Positions 25,810 through 26,643 of a stretch of 26,643 nucleotides of DNA are shown in pieces. Made by a program: the position numbers and the translations under genes. The notes beneath the pieces were generated by a model. That model was given only the letters and a program-made list of their open reading frames with translations, had not been told where the DNA came from and searched no databases. The first letter of the stretch is position 1; each line of letters starts with the position of its first letter. Location of the stretch: positions 1 to 26,643 of IMG/VR virus record IMGVR_UViG_3300002092_000163. One strand, written 5' to 3'. Source of the stretch: a virus. Its lineage: Duplodnaviria; Caudoviricetes.

Positions 25810-26534
25810 TGCCTGTAAAATTAAACGGTTCCACTTCAGGGTATGCCCAGATCAGTGCGGCAGCGGTAGCGGCAAGCAATACGCTTACCCTTCCTGACGG
25901 CAACTCCACGCTTGTTGATCTGATTACAACGCAGACCCTTACCAACAAGACGCTGACAAGCCCAACCATCACTGGCGCAACATTAACGACAACAACCTTG
26001 ACCAGTCCGACAATCAACGGGACGCCCATTATGGGCGCAAGTGTGATTACGCAGGGGTCAGTAGCAAACTTAACAAGCGGCGTAGCGGCTGGTTTTACTA
26101 ACATTCCAAGTTGGGTAAAACGCATCACCATTTCTATCAGCAATTTGACCAGCGCGGCAACGCAAACATCCGTTAACATTATTCAGTTGGGAACTGGCGC
26201 AACACCGACATACACAACAACTGGGTATCTTGGGACAGCAGGACAGTTTGCGTCTGGAACTCCAAACGTTACAGCGTATACAACAGGATTTGGTCTTTCT
26301 TCTTCAAACGTTTCTAATATTGTTAAATCGGGCATTGCCACCTTAACATTGCTTGATGCCGCAACAAACACTTGGGCGTTTGCGTTTACAGGTGCTATGT
26401 CAACTGGGTCTACATTAGTATTAGCCGCTGGCGGTTACATTGCCCTTGCTGGCGCATTGACGGCTGTCCAGTTAACTACCGTCAACGGCACAGACACATT
26501 TGCCACTGGCAAAATCAACATTCAATACGAGTAA
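25809..26534 (+). CDS. Tail fibre / distal fibre-like protein
   Basis: ATG 25809 is coupled to the previous TGA; TLTLPD...QTLTNKTLTSPTI repeat and a beta-rich C-terminal domain. Confidence 0.7.
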   Translation: MPVKLNGSTSGYAQISAAAVAASNTLTLPDGNSTLVDLITTQTLTNKTLTSPTITGATLTTTTLTSPTINGTPIMGASVITQGSVANLTSGVAAGFTNIPSWVKRITISISNLTSAATQTSVNIIQLGTGATPTYTTTGYLGTAGQFASGTPNVTAYTTGFGLSSSNVSNIVKSGIATLTLLDAATNTWAFAFTGAMSTGSTLVLAAGGYIALAGALTAVQLTTVNGTDTFATGKINIQYE

Positions 26535-26545
26535 GGGGTTCAATC

Positions 26546-26643
26546 ATGGAACGCATTGAAGTTAACTGCGAAACAGGTGAAGTTAAGATCATTCAGTTGA
26601 CCCCTGAAGAAGTTGCTGCGGCTCAAGCGCAATATGCGGCATG
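26546..26643 (+). CDS. Small protein, 3'-truncated (possible tail fibre assembly chaperone)
   Basis: AAGGGG RBS; MERIEVNCETGEVKIIQLTPEEVAAAQAQYAA runs to the end of the window; follows the fibre genes. Confidence 0.55.
   Translation, partial: MERIEVNCETGEVKIIQLTPEEVAAAQAQYAA

Larger units (their letters stand above)
1..26643 (+). mobile_element. Tailed phage genome segment (DNA packaging, head and tail-proximal modules)
   Basis: Co-oriented, tightly packed genes in the order terS-terL-portal-...-scaffold-capsid-adaptor-fibre, many with overlapping stop/start codons. No host housekeeping genes or integrase are visible. Confidence 0.96.

Noticed and set aside
1725-26371. Numerous other minus-strand and nested ORFs in the track
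   Set aside because: All overlap well-supported plus-strand genes and show no independent motifs or RBS.

Overview
The whole window is the plus-strand virion morphogenesis region of a tailed dsDNA phage (Caudoviricetes). It looks podovirus-like, since no tape measure, sheath or tube gene is recognisable here. Gene order: small early-type ORFs and a highly structured non-coding stretch, terS, terL, portal, two large multidomain 'polyvalent' proteins, a Lys/Gly/Met-rich repeat protein, a GroES-like co-chaperonin, scaffold, a putative decoration protein, major capsid protein, several Thr/Ser/Gly-rich virion proteins, a head-tail adaptor and tail-fibre-like genes. The most striking unexplained signal is a recurring di-glycine motif, roughly [F/Y/M/L/H/K/R]-x-x-G-G. 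It sits at nearly every apparent domain boundary of the large proteins and is repeated about 10 times in the 435-aa protein and 3 times in a His-rich protein. This suggests a capsid-cargo or polyprotein system, with the motif acting as a cleavage or packaging tag for effector domains (ADP-ribosyltransferase-like, circularly permuted SGNH hydrolase, glycosylase-like, SAM-lyase-like). Also notable is a perfect bacterial chromosomal parS palindrome (TGTTTCACGTGAAACA) at the terS/terL junction. All domain calls are by motif recognition only; no searches were run.
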